This document shows positions 12,536-26,533 of a stretch of DNA of 64,000 nt, piece by piece. The DNA lies in assembly GCA_023920165.1 (NCBI GenBank), contig CP089277.1, positions 3,720,001-3,784,000 on the forward strand, given 5' to 3'. This stretch comes from Curvularia clavata. Taxonomy: Eukaryota. Under the pieces are notes generated by a model that was given only the letters and a program-made list of their open reading frames with translations, ran no database searches and was not told the origin of the DNA. Position numbers and translations under genes: made by a program. Every line of letters starts with the position of its first letter. Position 1 is the stretch's first letter.

Positions 12536-13955
12536 ATGACGTCCGGTCCGTCTATACGCTCTGCGCTGCTAGCACTTCGCTCACCGTGTTACAGTCGAGT
12601 CCATCCTCCAGCACGCGGCCGACCACGGCTCGCTCGACTCGTACGTGCTCCTCCACAATGCCCGTGGGCCCGTCCCGCTGCTAACATGCGCCCGCCTTCA
12701 GCGCAGAATGGCCTAGGACATTGGAATACATCCTCAAGCGCCTTGACGAGGTACCATTATTTATGCCGCACCCACTACCAGCGCGAACCCTCTGACTTCT
12801 CCCCAGATTGTCGCAGACTTCCCCAAACTCCCCACAGATGCGAATCCACAACCGGCCGCATCAGCAACCACAGATCTGCCCTCGCGCCCAGGTACCTCAA
12901 ACGCCCTGTCCAGTCAAGAGTCGCATGCTACCGACAAAGAAAATGCTCCACCCACGACCCCTCCTCGACCACCAGTCCCCTCCTTCTCCGCACTGAACGA
13001 ACCACAAGGCATCCCGGCAGACATTGTTACTTTTTACTCGGCAATCCGCACTACCCTCTCCAAGAACTTTCCAAAACACCCCCCGCATACCATCCAGCGC
13101 CTCGCAGAACTCATCCTTGAGCCAAAAAAACGCTACCGGTACCTTCCCCCATACCTGCGAGCCGTCGACCGCGTCGTGTCCGTGTCCTCGCCCCTCACCA
13201 TATTCCCACTTCCACAGGCTGTTCTGCCCACGGCCGGCGGACTACTCAATGGCGCCACGCCCAGCACCACACCCCAACCTGCGCCTCTGGGCTCGGACGA
13301 ATCACTAGGCGGCGCCTTGCTTACACCCATTCCTTGGTTGCAGAACAGAGGTCAGAATGAGTTGATCTCGGAGAGCACAGAGATGGTTGACGGACCCAAT
13401 GGCGCAGGTCGCATAGAGACGGTGACGGTAGGAATGCTGGCCAGCTCCGTGCCCCCTGAGAACCAAACAAATGTAGCCCAAATTGCCTCGTCACATCCTG
13501 ATGGCGAAACCTTGCCATCCACCGGCCCAGTCACTCAAGGCGAGCTGCTGCGTCAGGAGCAAGAAGCTGGAATTGTGCTCAACAACCCTCACAGCATAAC
13601 TGCCAATTCTACAAAGGCTGCCTTTAGTGATATGGAAAGCGGAGGCGGTATCATGGAGACGGTTGAGGCTGAAGAGGAAGTCCCACATGCTCGCGGTCCA
13701 GAAGTAATTGGCATGGAAGACACTGGGCCCCAGAAAGACAGCAAGCTCAACATTGAGGGGGCCGTTGGGAGGCCAAGTGTTGATCGCAAAACTCCAGAGC
13801 CCACGTCTTCTACCGATGCAGAAGCTACGGACAGCGAAGCAAAGCAAGGGGAAGCAGCGAACGAGCATGCAGGGGAAGGCGAAAACTCCAAGGACAGTGC
13901 GACACAAGAAAAGGAGTCGGAGAAACACGATGTGGAGATGAAGTCGGATGATTAG
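12536..13955 (+). CDS. Protein phosphatase 4 regulatory subunit 2 (PPP4R2/Psy4-like); introns 12546-12594, 12641-12701, 12751-12806
   Basis: Spliced MTSVESILQHAADHGSLDSAEWPRTLEYILKRLDE|IVADFP...PPHTIQRLAELILEPKKRYRYLPPYLRAVDRVVSVSS carries the PPP4R2 hallmark; acidic tail. Confidence 0.85.
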
Positions 13956-15537
13956 GCACCACCGACCGCTTCAAACACTCAAGTAGAGACTGTCTCACCT
14001 GAAGAGGCAGCACACATTATGCGGCTGCTCGAGGACTACAATCGTTCTTGATGTGCTTTACTGGTCAACTCAGGCCCTTACGATAAACCGGCAGTACCGT
14101 GTAATTATTCAGGAGTGCATATACGTATGTGAATTAATCGCTAAACACGAATTACCACCAGAGGCTATGGCCGTCATCAGGCCACTCGTTCAGGCTCGAC
14201 TTGTTTATATTTTGCATATGCATCTGTCAACGACGGCTTCCAAAATATCACTGCTCGGTTAATGCATGCAAAAGCCAGCACCATATTCCCGTTGCCTGCT
14301 TCCCCCTCGCCACCGAGTGACAACCAAGGCATTGCCCGAAGTGACAGCATCCTGCAATCCCCATGTTCTGTTTCCCACTATACACTCGGGTTTCATTTCC
14401 GAGTCAGCGGCATAGATGCATTACAACCAATGTCATTCGTACCCTGGACAAGGCCCGATTACCTCAATTACAAGTGGACCCGTTGTTTTGTTTTTAGAGC
14501 ATGAAAAACCTGTTTGTCTTGAGGAGGGAAGAGGCGGGTAGATGAAGGGTAATTTAGGGATCTGCTCAAAGGTAAAATAGAGTTAATATACTGTGTTTGT
14601 GATGGCGGTGACGTTTGGTGTACAGGGGTGACTGCTCCAATGATGTTTAGGCGAAGGAATGCAAAACACTCTCTTACTGTTTGGCACGTTGTTTCTGACT
14701 TAACATATTGGCTGGAAAGAAACTTTCAGCAAAGCAGGAGAAGATATGGTGATAGATATCGTGAGGTTTGTAGGATGGCGATGATGCAGATACTAGCAAA
14801 ACATTTGTCACAACGACTGTGGGGCGTCTGATCACTAATTTTCCGAGACATGTCATAGAGAAAGAGAGAGAGAGAGAGAGTAGAATCACTATTAAAATAG
14901 AATGAGTGCCTCATTGGCTTATAAAAATAATGGACCAGCATCGAGCTGACGAGAACCAGTTCGAGTACAAAGCTGGAAAAAAAGAAGATGCTGACCTCTG
15001 TCCTCCAACGCCGGCTCCCCAACACGGTCGGGAAATAATACCTACCCGCCCCGTTGATTTACAAATGCAAACATGGCCACTTCCTGGAGTCCAAATAGCA
15101 ATGTAAGATTCATTTTCAATCCGATATCTAGAAGTATCGATCGACTATCGTATGTCTCGAGGCTCCGCTGCTCCCTGTGCCAAGCACGGCTGTGGCACCC
15201 CTGAACATCCATAAAGCTGTCAGAAAACGGCGCGGGTTCTCGGCATAAGTCAATTTCACAGCGAGAGACCCAATGTCACATGAGCTGCTTCTGTCACCCA
15301 GGAACAGGAAAAGTATGGACGTACGTAGATCTGCGCTGCACCTACCGTCGATGGTTGATGCATGGAGCTTGGACCGGGGCCTGTCAACCTCCCGGACTTG
15401 AAGATACCACAACCTACATACATTGCCAGTTACCCAACACATCGTGAATACCCTGCGCACATCAATCCAGTCATATTTTGTCTTCCACTCTTACATTGTA
15501 TCCAAACCCAATCGCTACTGGTCATCACATCGCCATA

Positions 15538-16483
15538 ATGGACGCCAAAGAACCCCTACTCCCTTCGGAACCTCCACCCTCATACGAAGATGCGCGCAAA
15601 TCGCCTCTTTCACACAACAGATCGCCCTCGGGCGCAGTACCAGGCAAAAGACCTCCTCCTGGTCCACCTCCACCGCTCAACCTACCCGCACTGAACGAAC
15701 TGAGGGGATCAAGAGTCGTCCTTGCAAGCAAATCGCCAAGACGGAGACAACTACTTGCGCAGGTACGAACAAGCCCGCTGTCTCGTACGCATCCTTGTGC
15801 TGACCTAAATAGCTTGGCCTCACCAAGATTGATATCTGCCCCTCGCAGTTCGCCGAGAACCTCGACCACTCGCTAGGTGCGCTCAACTACGTACTCGAAA
15901 CCGCATCCGCCAAAGCAGTCGACGTCTACAAGACCGAAGTCAACAACCCAGAACGCGGCGAGCCGGCCATTGTCATCGCCGCCGACACAATCATTGTTTC
16001 TCACGATGGGCGGATATTAGAGAAGCCCCGGAGCGAGGCACATCATGTCGGGATGTTGAAGATGCTGAGAGATCAGGGCGAGCACAAGGTCATGACCGCC
16101 GTGGCTGTGATGAAGCCATTAGAGTCCGCGATAGACCCGGGATATGCTATGAAGACGCATGTGGAAGAGACGACTGTCAAGTTCGACCCTGCTGGTAAAT
16201 CACACACCCCTTGAAGAGGTACAGAATAAACAACTGACAGATGGTAGTGACGGACGAGCTCATCCTCGCATACGTCAAGACACGCGACGGCAACGACAAG
16301 GCAGGCGGATACGGCATCCAGACCGCTGGCTCGATACTCATTGAGCGCATAGAAGGATCCTACGACAATGTGGTTGGACTACCCCTCAGGGCTACCCTCA
16401 AGCTCATCGAGAGCGTCATGCGGCCAGAGGAAGAGGAAGGAGAAGATTTCTTCGTCGATAGTAGAGAGGAGGACGAGGACTAG
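15538..16483 (+). CDS. Maf/YhdE-like nucleoside triphosphate pyrophosphatase; introns 15763-15812, 16195-16247
   Basis: [39 protein letters not shown] and [15 protein letters not shown] are Maf signature motifs. Confidence 0.9.
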
Positions 16484-17387
16484 TCGTACACGTCTGTTTC
16501 ATCGATTTTGGGTGTGGGTTCATGGCGGGGCCAGGGCTAAAGCAACACAAGCATGATAGATCGATGTTTACAGAATACAAATACCGCAGATTACAAACTC
16601 TAGCCGGGTTCTTGGTCCGGAATTTTGTCCACTTTGGATTCGATATGCGTCTAAGATGAGGAATGACCATGCCTCGTGCGATTGCGTTGGCGCCACCCGC
16701 TTTCCCAACAGCAATCTAGATGATTCTTTCCTCGCCATGGCAACCAATTGACAAAGCCCCTTCTTTTGATACTAGGCTTCTGCACGGGGCTGCTGTGAAC
16801 ATTCTTCACCGCTGGGGTGGTGGATCGAGGTAGTCGTGTCTTGGACAAAACCCCTCCATTACCAATCAGCGCCCCACTTGCCTCGGCTCAGCCCTACCCT
16901 CTGAACGGGCACCTTTCCTAGAGCAGAGGCTTGCCGGCACCCGGCTCGTCATGGCTTCGTGTTGTCCTACACTGTCTCGAAGATTCTGCAAATGGCGACC
17001 AGTCTGAGGGCCCTCCGTGTCGAGAAACCTACCCGAAGTGTGAGGGGGGAAGTCCTTGTAACTGGATGACTTAGCCGCGCCACTCGCCGTTCCTGGCCGA
17101 GTGTGATGCCCCCGTTGCGCCAGACCTTTTTCTGGTAACCTCCGAAGTAGTAGGGGTATGATGCAATCCAGGGTCTTTTCTCGGCCGCTGTGAAATCACT
17201 TTTCTTCGGCTTGGTGTTACCATTGCGAGTATATAGGTGCTGGTCGCCGCTTTGGTTTTTTGCTTTCGATCAATTCAATCTCAAACTTCTTGTCAAAACA
17301 ACCTTTTTTGATACCCCAACTGTCAATTCCTTTTTGATACCCCCAATACACATCACACGAGTTACAACAACGTACACATACTTCACA

Positions 17388-18452
17388 ATGGTTCAGAACA
17401 AGGGTCTCATCTTCAAGAACGTCCCAGAGGGATGGCCTAAGCCAGGCCACGACCTCGCCGTCGAGGACCGCCCAATCGACCTCAACCAGGAGCTGCCAGA
17501 GGGCGGTCTTCTCGTCAAGAACTTCTACGCCTCGTTCGACCCCTACCAGCGTGGACGCATGCGTGCTCCCGACGTCAAGTCGTACTCTCCTCCCTTTGAG
17601 CTGGGCAAGCCCATTACCAACCGCTGCATCTTCAAGGTTGTCAAGTCCAACACCGACCAGTTCAAGGAGGGCGAGACACTCATCACCATGAGCGTCACCC
17701 CAATTGAGGAGTACTCTGTGCTCGACAAGGCCGCCGTCGCCGCATGCCGCAAGCTCGAGAACCCCTACAACCTGGACCCCAAGATCTTCCTCGGTGCTCT
17801 GGGTATGCCCGGTCTGACCGCATGGTCGTCGTTCTACGAGATCGGCCAGCCCAAGAAGGGCGAAACCATCTTCATCTCCGCTGCCTCTGGCGCCGTCGGC
17901 CAGCTCGTTGGCCAACTCGCCAAGCACGAAGGCCTCACCGTCATCGGCAGCGTCGGTGACGACGCCAAGCTCGACTTCATCAAGAACGAGCTCAACTTTG
18001 ACGGCGGCTTCAACTACAAGAAGGAGAAGCCCTCCGATGCCCTTGCCCGCCTTGCCCCCAACGGCATCGACATCTACTACGAGAACGTCGGTGGCGAGCA
18101 ACTTGAAGCCGCCATCAACGCAATGAACAACTTCGGTCGCATCATCGCTTGCGGTATGATCTCCCAGTACAACGCTAAGCCCGGCGAGCAGTACCCCATC
18201 CGCAACCTCATGCAGGTCGTTGCCAAGCGCCTCACCATGCGCGGCTTCATCGTCGGCGACGAGAACATGGGCCCCAAGCACGCAAAGGAGCACCAGGAGA
18301 AGCTGCAGAAGTGGCTGTCCGAGGGCTCTTTCAAGTCTAAGCTCAGCGTTACTGAGGGTATTGACAACGCCGTTGAGGGTTTCTTGGGCATGCTCGAGGG
18401 AAAGAACTTTGGCAAGGCCGTTCTACAGATTGCCGATATCACCAAGGAGTAA
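17388..18452 (+). CDS. NADP-dependent 2-alkenal/enone reductase (Zn-independent MDR, PTGR/CurA-like), intronless
   Basis: SFDPYQRGRM, LGALGMPGLTAW, ISAASGAVGQ, GIDIYYENVGG, CGMISQYN and GKNFGK. The ATG at 17388 is in cacaATG context; strong C-ending codon bias. Confidence 0.9.
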   Translation: MVQNKGLIFKNVPEGWPKPGHDLAVEDRPIDLNQELPEGGLLVKNFYASFDPYQRGRMRAPDVKSYSPPFELGKPITNRCIFKVVKSNTDQFKEGETLITMSVTPIEEYSVLDKAAVAACRKLENPYNLDPKIFLGALGMPGLTAWSSFYEIGQPKKGETIFISAASGAVGQLVGQLAKHEGLTVIGSVGDDAKLDFIKNELNFDGGFNYKKEKPSDALARLAPNGIDIYYENVGGEQLEAAINAMNNFGRIIACGMISQYNAKPGEQYPIRNLMQVVAKRLTMRGFIVGDENMGPKHAKEHQEKLQKWLSEGSFKSKLSVTEGIDNAVEGFLGMLEGKNFGKAVLQIADITKE

Positions 18453-19441
18453 AAAAAAACAGGGATAGAGGGCTATGATTGTTGTTGTTTGCATAGATTT
18501 AGCGACTATACTGGCTTTAGAGAATAGCCTATAGATATATTATTACATGAATGAATGAATGTAAAATATGCATTATGCTTCTTGAATACTCGGGCAGTGA
18601 TGTCATAGTGTAGGTGCTTGGCGAAGCCGAGAATGCTTGGGTTTTTCGCTACTATTTTTTTTCTAATGTAAGATCTGCAATCATGAGAAGGGTATCGTTA
18701 TGCTAATGACATCAGCACAGCTCAAATAAGAAACATGCCAAGACATACTTCACATAATCTTCTCACGCCAGCGAAAATTAACAAAAATGCTCAATTGATC
18801 GACTTGAGGACTACCATCGGGTAGAACCGCTGACGTAGCGTGCAGCACAACTCAAGACGAAGTAAAAACCAGGATTCCATTCAGCCCAGCCACGCTTTTC
18901 AACAAGCAAGAAACGAAGAGTAATATACACGTAAAGTTGAAAATACCCAATTGCTGGCAGAAAGAACCCAAATGACCAGGGCCGAGATATAACCGAACCC
19001 ACAGAGGCCCATACCTCGTCGTGATCATATTACCCATCCATCAACTACGCAGCCGTTTAGAACCAAACATAGGAAATCGAGAGTCGGAGAGACTAGTGGA
19101 ATGTCCCAAGATGGCAAGAACAAAAAACATGTAGCCACCCAATGCAGAACCGAAAAAAGGGGATTTTGGAGAGAGAAAAAAAAAAGGAAAAGGGCTGATA
19201 CCCGGGTATGAGTAATGATTGCGAGCCAGTTTGGCCGATCAACCTCGCACACTGGGTAATATAAGAACGAGAAGAAAATTTGATGAAGCTAGGCTGAGCT
19301 GAAGGTGCTTTTCAAAATGTAGAGTCAATGCTCGGGCCTGGCAGAGACCTCGCAGGTGCACTAGGTATTAGCCACGATGCTGCCGTACATTAGTTAGGGT
19401 CTTTATATTGAAAGAACAATATTTACTTACACTACTACCTC

Positions 19442-22400
19442 TCACGCACTGCCCATCGCGTGTACGATCAGGACAGGCACGATGATTGCAACTACAAGGC
19501 CAATGTTGACAGTGATGCCAGCAATAATTGCCATTCTCTTCGACTTTGGGGTGCAATAGTGAAGATGGCCTTCTGTTAGTGACGCAATAATGTCGTCCCC
19601 GAAGAAGCGGAATAGAATAATGCATGGCGGAAGTATGCAAAATCCAGCAAAGATGACCCAAGACAGCTGGCGCCTCCGTGCTTCGTCTTCCGCATTTGGC
19701 TTGCGCTCTACACAGAGCAGGCGAGGCGAGTATCTTTGCGCAAGTGTGCTTCGAGAGGGCATAATGATATTTCGAGAGGCGGCCGGGAGTTGGCCGAGGC
19801 TACTGTCATAAGAACTACACAGAGGTGTAATCGTGTTGCTAGTGGACGGACGGTTATCGCCCATGAAATGCGTAATGTTCGTGCGCGATGAGGTGACTGA
19901 TCGGACATCAGGCGCCAGAAACATCTCTCGTAGTTTTGTCTGACTGTGTACAGCGGACCGACTGGTGCGACGCGAGTTGCGTACAAAAGTAGTCGAGTTC
20001 GTGAGCTGCTGACTATGGCTATCAGACGGCCAGATCTCCTGCGATTCTCTCAACGTTCTGGAGGTGGGAAAGAGACTTGTCTGGGACAAAGTCCGACTAA
20101 CCCTCGATCCGGATGTAAGTCGAGGCAGGGTTATCTGAGTGACACTGCCGGTAGCTGGAAATGGAGCTGCATAGAACCCAGTGTACTCCGAAGGCTGGCT
20201 TTGTCGACTGATGCCCGAATTTAGTCTCCCACTAGATTTGATAGTAGTGGCAATACTGCTGACTGTATTACGTGAATTTGGTGTACGGTGAGTTCGAGGA
20301 AAACTGTTTCGTGAAGCTACGGTTGAGAGCGGCACGACTGTGTTTGGGCGTTCCAATCCCTGAGAATTGCTTGACAAGGCATCTTTTCTTGGGAAGCTTG
20401 GCATGGATGTTGGGTCTTGGTTCTGACGCTGCTGACCCGCTGGCATCTCATCGAAAAGGATGATCTCGCTTGGACCAGAGGCTAGCAGTTCTTCCGTCTC
20501 CTTGTCACTGAAAGCATAAAGGGTTTTTTTCTGCAATGAAGCCTTTGATTGCTCTGCTGGACGATTTTCCAAAGTGTTTCCCTGATTGATAGAGTTCTGG
20601 GAGTCTGGCACAGCGCTCGAGGCAAATTGTTTAGAAGCCGGTTGAGAGGAAGAAGTGCCCGAAGCTGAGCCCGTACCGGAGTTGAGGTTCAGTTCTGGTG
20701 GTGACGATTTGAAAGGATGAGCATGTGGACCAATGGGGCTAGGATGGTAATAGTAGTTTGCTCGAGCCGGTGGCTGAGGTTGGTTTACCCAAGATGCAAG
20801 TAAACCGCCTGAGTTCAGACAGATACCGCCGCCCGGTGAGCCCTCGCTAGTGCTGTAGTTTCCGATACTGTCAAGGGAGGCTCTAGAACCTGCGCTGTCT
20901 CCACCGAGTGTCTCCCATTCTGCACCGTCCTGTGGAGCAGCTCCCTCAATATCGTGTAGGGGCAGCAGGGGCAAGACACAGGTAGTGGTTGAAGGTCTTT
21001 TGGGGGCAGAATTGCCTAATAGTTGGCTTCCAGACCGGCGCCTAGACCACATGGCTGGGATTTCGCCATTGCTTTGGGTTTGATCTCCTGGGCTTTGGAA
21101 AATCTGCTCAGCATGATCCAGGGCTGCTTGAGGTGTGTTCGAAGCGTGGACATCCACTTGAGAGCTTGATGCAGATTCAACTGGTTCAATATTTAGTTGC
21201 GAGTATGATGAAGAGGGTCCGAGTGGTTCAACTCCTGGTTGCGAGTATGACGACGAAGGCTCTAGCTTCTGCACGTAATCAGACCGTCCCAATGCTCCGT
21301 GGCGAGAAACCTCCAAGAGATTCCGCGTGTTTCCGTAAGAGTTGGTCGAGTCAGGTGCAGTTATGCCGGATTTTCCTGGAGGAGAGGGAAAGGTAAAAGA
21401 CTCCTCGTGGCCCCAAGCTGGCGCAAGCGGAGGTACTGAATGCGGCGGTAGACCTGGTGATTGAGAAAACTTCCACTGTACCGAGAAACTAGTATTAGCA
21501 TTTTGTGCTGAAGCCTGATGTTTACCAGATTCAGGTTTATTGAGACTCGTCGTGGACTCCGACTGTTGATGGAAGTCAACATCAGATGCCTCTCGATCCT
21601 CTCCTACAGCCTGCGAAGTGGGGCCTTGAGCAACTACAGTCTCTCCTTGGGGCATGTGTGAAGCTGTCTCGGCCTCATTTTGTGGGGTGTATTCATCAAT
21701 CAATGTACTGATTGCGTCCGCTTCCGGATCAGCTTGCTCTGTCAAGGCATGCAGCATGTTTTTGCTCGGGCTGGCGTTATCGCCCACAGTGTAGTGGCTA
21801 TGATCGTCTGCCAAGTACTCTGCACTTGCAATGCTGTATTCTGCAGGTGGATTACCATGGCTGTTACGTTTGTTCCTGTGGCCGTATTGGTAGGAGGCAC
21901 GGCGATCATCTCCAGTGTATATAGAAGAGCTCCGATTCGTCGCGCCTGTAACCTCATAGTAGGGGCCGGCCAAGCTGCTCCCTTCAGCATATGATAACTG
22001 CGAAGCGGCACTTTTTCCAATTGGAGTAGAGTAATCATCTGGTACCATGGATGCGAGCGGTTGTACCGCATAGCGGTCTACTGAGTATTCTTGGGGTGTC
22101 TCAGCCTCGTCTTGTTCGGGCGAGAAGGCAGCAAGGCGTCCGGGCGACGCGGGGTTACTTGATATTGGAGGTGACATCGAGCGGACTGGAGCATACGAGA
22201 TCTCGGGCATGGAGAGAGGCAGGTTAAGCGGCGGCGGGAAATCCGAGTCCATACGGATTGCTCCAGTGCTCAGGTTTTGATTGCGCATATCATGTAGTTC
22301 CTCTTCTTCGGTCTTCTCTGGTCCCTTTCCTAGCCTTTGAGTCAAGCTGCGAGTAAGACTTTTGAGCGAGAAACGTGATTCGCGAGTGGGCGTTTTTTTC

Positions 22401-23590
22401 GCAAACAGAGGAGAAGGTATGTCAGCAGAGTCGGCATCGTACATGGGCGATGTATAAGAAGAGGAGTTTGGACTGAGCGCCGCTGGCGTTGGAGGTATTG
22501 GAAGGTCCACATCGGACTGATATGGAGATTCACTCGGGCGCCTTAGTATACCCGCATGCGCTGTACGAAAATCTCCGTACATGGCTCGCTTAGGTGCCAT
22601 CTAGTACATTAGTGAGTAAGGTTTTGCAGAAAATCAAAAGTGTCATACCTCTGGAAACTCGTCGTCGGAGGTTGGGACAGCAAAATAGTCGCCCGAGTCA
22701 AAGTCCCGCGAAGGAGTGACGATATCGTGTAGCAACAAGGAGTCGCGGGGATTCACTAGGTCGAATGAGGTACCGCGATAGTGGATGGTCGCAGGCGTCG
22801 CTGGTGGTGTTGCGGGCTTAGTGGCTGCGAAGCTTTGTGAATTTAGGTTGGCAGACTCGTTTCCGTCCTGGAATGAAGAAAGTAGAGAGGCAGGCTGATA
22901 TGGTGGTGTAGGGAATCGCGATAACGCCAATGGGGGAGGTGTCGTTATTTGTGCATTCACCACAGGCGTGGAGTCGGCAGACAAGTTGAGTTCAGCTGGA
23001 CGCCATTGTCGTGCTTGCGTAGAGTTCACGTTTGCATTGGGTGGAGGGATTGTGACCAAACCTGTGGCGGCAGGCGGTCTCGGCAACCTTTTTCTCGAGT
23101 TGAAGTAACGTACCTTGCTAGACGAACTGGCAGTGGATAGGCTTGATATACTGCCTATTTGCTGATGAGGTTCGGTTGTGTGTGCTCGAAATGGCAGCTC
23201 GGGTTGCGTTTGTTGCTGAAATGGGAGCAGTTTCGGCTTGAGCTGGTGGGCTGATTGGGAAAAGTGAAGAGAGCGCTGGGACGGACCGTAGTCTGTCCAA
23301 GTTGACGGCGGCACCGAAGCCGCGCGCTCAATGTCGTTGAGTGCAAGCGCAGCAGGTTTCCTCCGAAGAGTTTTCCCCGGCGGTGTTCCCTTGCGGGTGA
23401 TTGTTGGCGTGTGCTGCTGCTTGCGATATTCGTGAATGGTAAGAGTGTGGATGGGTGTCCGGGAGGAGGCTGAAGAGGCGAGCGAGTGGTGAGGTGAGTG
23501 AACTGGCGTCATAGGATTGCCCACGTGGGCCCGCAGTGACGCCCGATCGGGATCCCATGGTGAATGGGAGTGCGGGTAAACGGCTGCCAT
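19442..23590 (-). CDS. Large Ser/Pro-rich hypothetical protein with two C-terminal TM helices; intron 22601-22648
   Basis: The 315-aa and 1052-aa ORFs are joined in frame by a 48-nt GTATGA..CTAAT..TAG intron. Contains IHTLTIHEYRKQQ and IHYRGTSFDLVNP; hydrophobic C-terminal segments. Confidence 0.7.
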
Positions 23591-25139
23591 GTTCGTTTAG
23601 TTGGAAGTACGCGAGGAATGTCACTGTATATCTCAAATCCCCGCCCTAGTCAGAGCCTATCTCTGGTATAAAGTTGCGAAGGCCTCTGCGGTCTTAGGTG
23701 GTTGTTTGTCTTGAATGTTGAACTTGATGGAGGCACTAGCGAATACATTGTGAAACCTACGCCATGTTAAGGGCCGTTGGTCTCAAGTCCGATGACTCTG
23801 GAGATTTGTTAGTCGTCATGTCTTCGTAGATGTACTCATAACTAACCGTAATGGTCTTCGGATATTAACTTAGTCGCAGTATTGACAACGGCTAATTTTC
23901 AAAAATGGACCTTCTCCTGATACAAAACCAGTTCGGAGTGGCGGGATGTTGTTCCCAGTATTCTTGCTATGCAGCACTGACGAGAAGCGTACGTAGGATG
24001 GAGCGGCGCTAGAGGAACCAAAGATGCGCAACGACGACTCAGTAGTAAAGGCGAGAGACAGACACGGACGGGGTACATTCGAGATCAAACACCAAAGAAG
24101 AGGACGGAATGGTTCGACGAAGAAGAAGAAAGACGAGAGGAAGGAGCCCTACGCCCCGGCCCGAAGAACGAGAGGTACGGAAAGTACAACGCTTTCTTAG
24201 GTACCTGGGAAGGGAAGACGCGACAACAAGACATGATTAGGAGAAACATTTTCAGAGACGACCCCGGGCCAGCCCTGAGCACTAAGGGGGGAACTCGTCA
24301 CATCAGCAGACCAAGCAATTGCATTGCAGCCAGGTCTCCTCCCGTGGTTCATTACAGCTACAGAGCGAAGACACGGCGATGCAGCGTCTTGTGTGGTTGC
24401 CGACGTGCGTACCCCAGTCTAGCGCCTCTCCTGCGCCAGCCAGTCAGACGACGCAGATTCCTCCAGCCTAGAGACAACAGACACCACCATCGAGCGTCCT
24501 CGACCACTGGTTCCATTGTGCTGAGCATCGGCTAGTCCATGTCATCTCGTTTCTGCCCGGCACACTCGGGATCGCAGCTGGTGTCACCAAGCCATCCAGC
24601 CACTGCCGGGCCGTTGCCTCTTGTTGCGACGATTCCGCGCCGCGTAATAGGGACACAACATCAGCACAAACAACGGACGCGCCGAACTACCGACCGTAGA
24701 GTCGATCTAGGTTGAAGCATAGAACTGCAGGTAGAATTACAGCATGATACACAAGATGGTCGCAGTAGGTAGTCAAAGACTGTGGGAGATATTGTATCCA
24801 CACACATTCAAAGAAAATACCAAAATGTGGGCAAGTCACACAGCTGTGGATATTTGCACTTTATCGTCTGTACGTCAGCGTTGGTATTTTGAGCTGTTGG
24901 TTGCGTAACCCAGCCGTCGGTCACCTGAGAACTGCATGTTCTCCCTAACACACGCTACGCGACAGGTTTATATTCTGGTACCATTATAGTGCTTTTTTTT
25001 TGGCAATGATCAGGGAACACACAGCTAAGATGCATATTGATCATCATACAACTACATTATGCTGTCCAATACGCATGCATTCACGTGACAACAGACATCT
25101 CTTCTCTCCACAGTTTATTTATCTTCTCTAATCTCTACA

Positions 25140-26533
25140 TCACCGGGTATAAGTGCGCCTAAATTCCACATCACTGTGATCCTTCAGGCGCGTCCGCGAT
25201 TTTCTGCGTCGTATTGATGGGTGCCGCCTTATTTCCATGACCTGTGGGGGCGAATACGCAAAGTGTCCTGGGTCAGGGCTTCGAGGAAACCGGTGGTCGA
25301 GAACGACACGCACGTTGACGTTCTCAGATGCCCAGGTGCGCCGCTCCCGCTGGCCTGAGCTTCTCGTAGGCGACCGGTCATTACTCGGGGACATAGGAGA
25401 CCGTTTGGAACGAGAAGGTGAGCGGTCGGGCCCAATGGTTCTGGCTTCGTTGTTTGATCGGCGGTGTGGCCGATTGTAGTTAAAATCACCTTGTCTCGTG
25501 CCCTACTAAAGTCAGTTTAAGCAGCAATATATATGCCCCGCTGAAAACTTACAGTCGTCGGATATACGGTCCCTGGCATCATGACGTACTGGTCCAATGT
25601 GTGCATCAGGTCAGCAAAGTTGTAGCCTAGCCCTGGATGGCTTGGAAGAAACCTTTGGCCAATGTCGTGGTCGAAGCTGATGGCAGAGTTTTGCGACGGC
25701 ATGTACTCGGAGAGGTTGTTGTACCACTGAGGGTATGCACCATACCAGGCTGCCACACTGGCGTTGACATTGACTGTCATGTACATGTTCTTGACCTCTT
25801 TTGGCTTTTGTATAAGCATCACAAAATCGAATTCGCGTGGCAACCCTGATCTCTGGAGCATGTTTTCATTGAGCGTCCAGACGGCCGTGGAGTCCTCAAT
25901 ACTGTGCCCCGACTCATCTTGTCTTGACCGTATTGAACCTTGGATGCTCATCATGTGAAAGACCTTGTAGCTGCTTTGCACAGATGCTCTTGGATTCACG
26001 GATGCGGAGACGGGAGCCGCCGCAGTTACACCCAGTGAGCTTGAAAGACTGAAATTCCATTGGAGGTTTTCCGGTGATATGGCGCCGAACATGAGCTCTG
26101 GAGCATGCTTCAGGATTCGCGGGTGCGAACGACCCGACCTTCTGCGAGAGGTAGAGCCCGGATCTTCGTTGTGCAGGGACACTTGGATTTCGGCGCTCTT
26201 AAAACGATGCGCTTCCGGGTCGTGTGGGTGAAAAACAAAACGCACGGAAACGAAGTAGACATGATTGATGGGGGCATCATGAAGGACGTCGGACTTGTGG
26301 AAGCCGTGTTGCATGCGGTTCACATGAGCAGAGATATATGCTTTTCCGGGCAGGCGGCGTTCGTAGAGACATATCTGGTTGAGATGAAGCCGCTTTCTCG
26401 GGATATTCGGATCGTTGGACGCTGGCTTGACAGGACCTCTACTTCTTTTGACTGGTGCATCTGGTTCCGGCTGGTGGGCGTCTTCTTTCTCGTCTCCTTT
26501 GACCCCTTTGAGACGGTTCATAAGCGCATGCAT
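25140..26533 (-). CDS. Conserved fungal hypothetical protein; intron ~25505-25552
   Basis: 338-aa ORF (FVFHPHD..HRFKSAEI, APELMFGAISPENLQWNFSLSSSLG, SGLPREFDF) spliced via GTAAGT..CTGAC..TAG to an Arg/Ser-rich last exon ending at 25140. Confidence 0.65.

Noticed and set aside
17217..18293. 358-aa antisense ORF over the alkenal reductase
   Set aside because: In-register mirror of a strongly codon-biased gene; no independent motifs.
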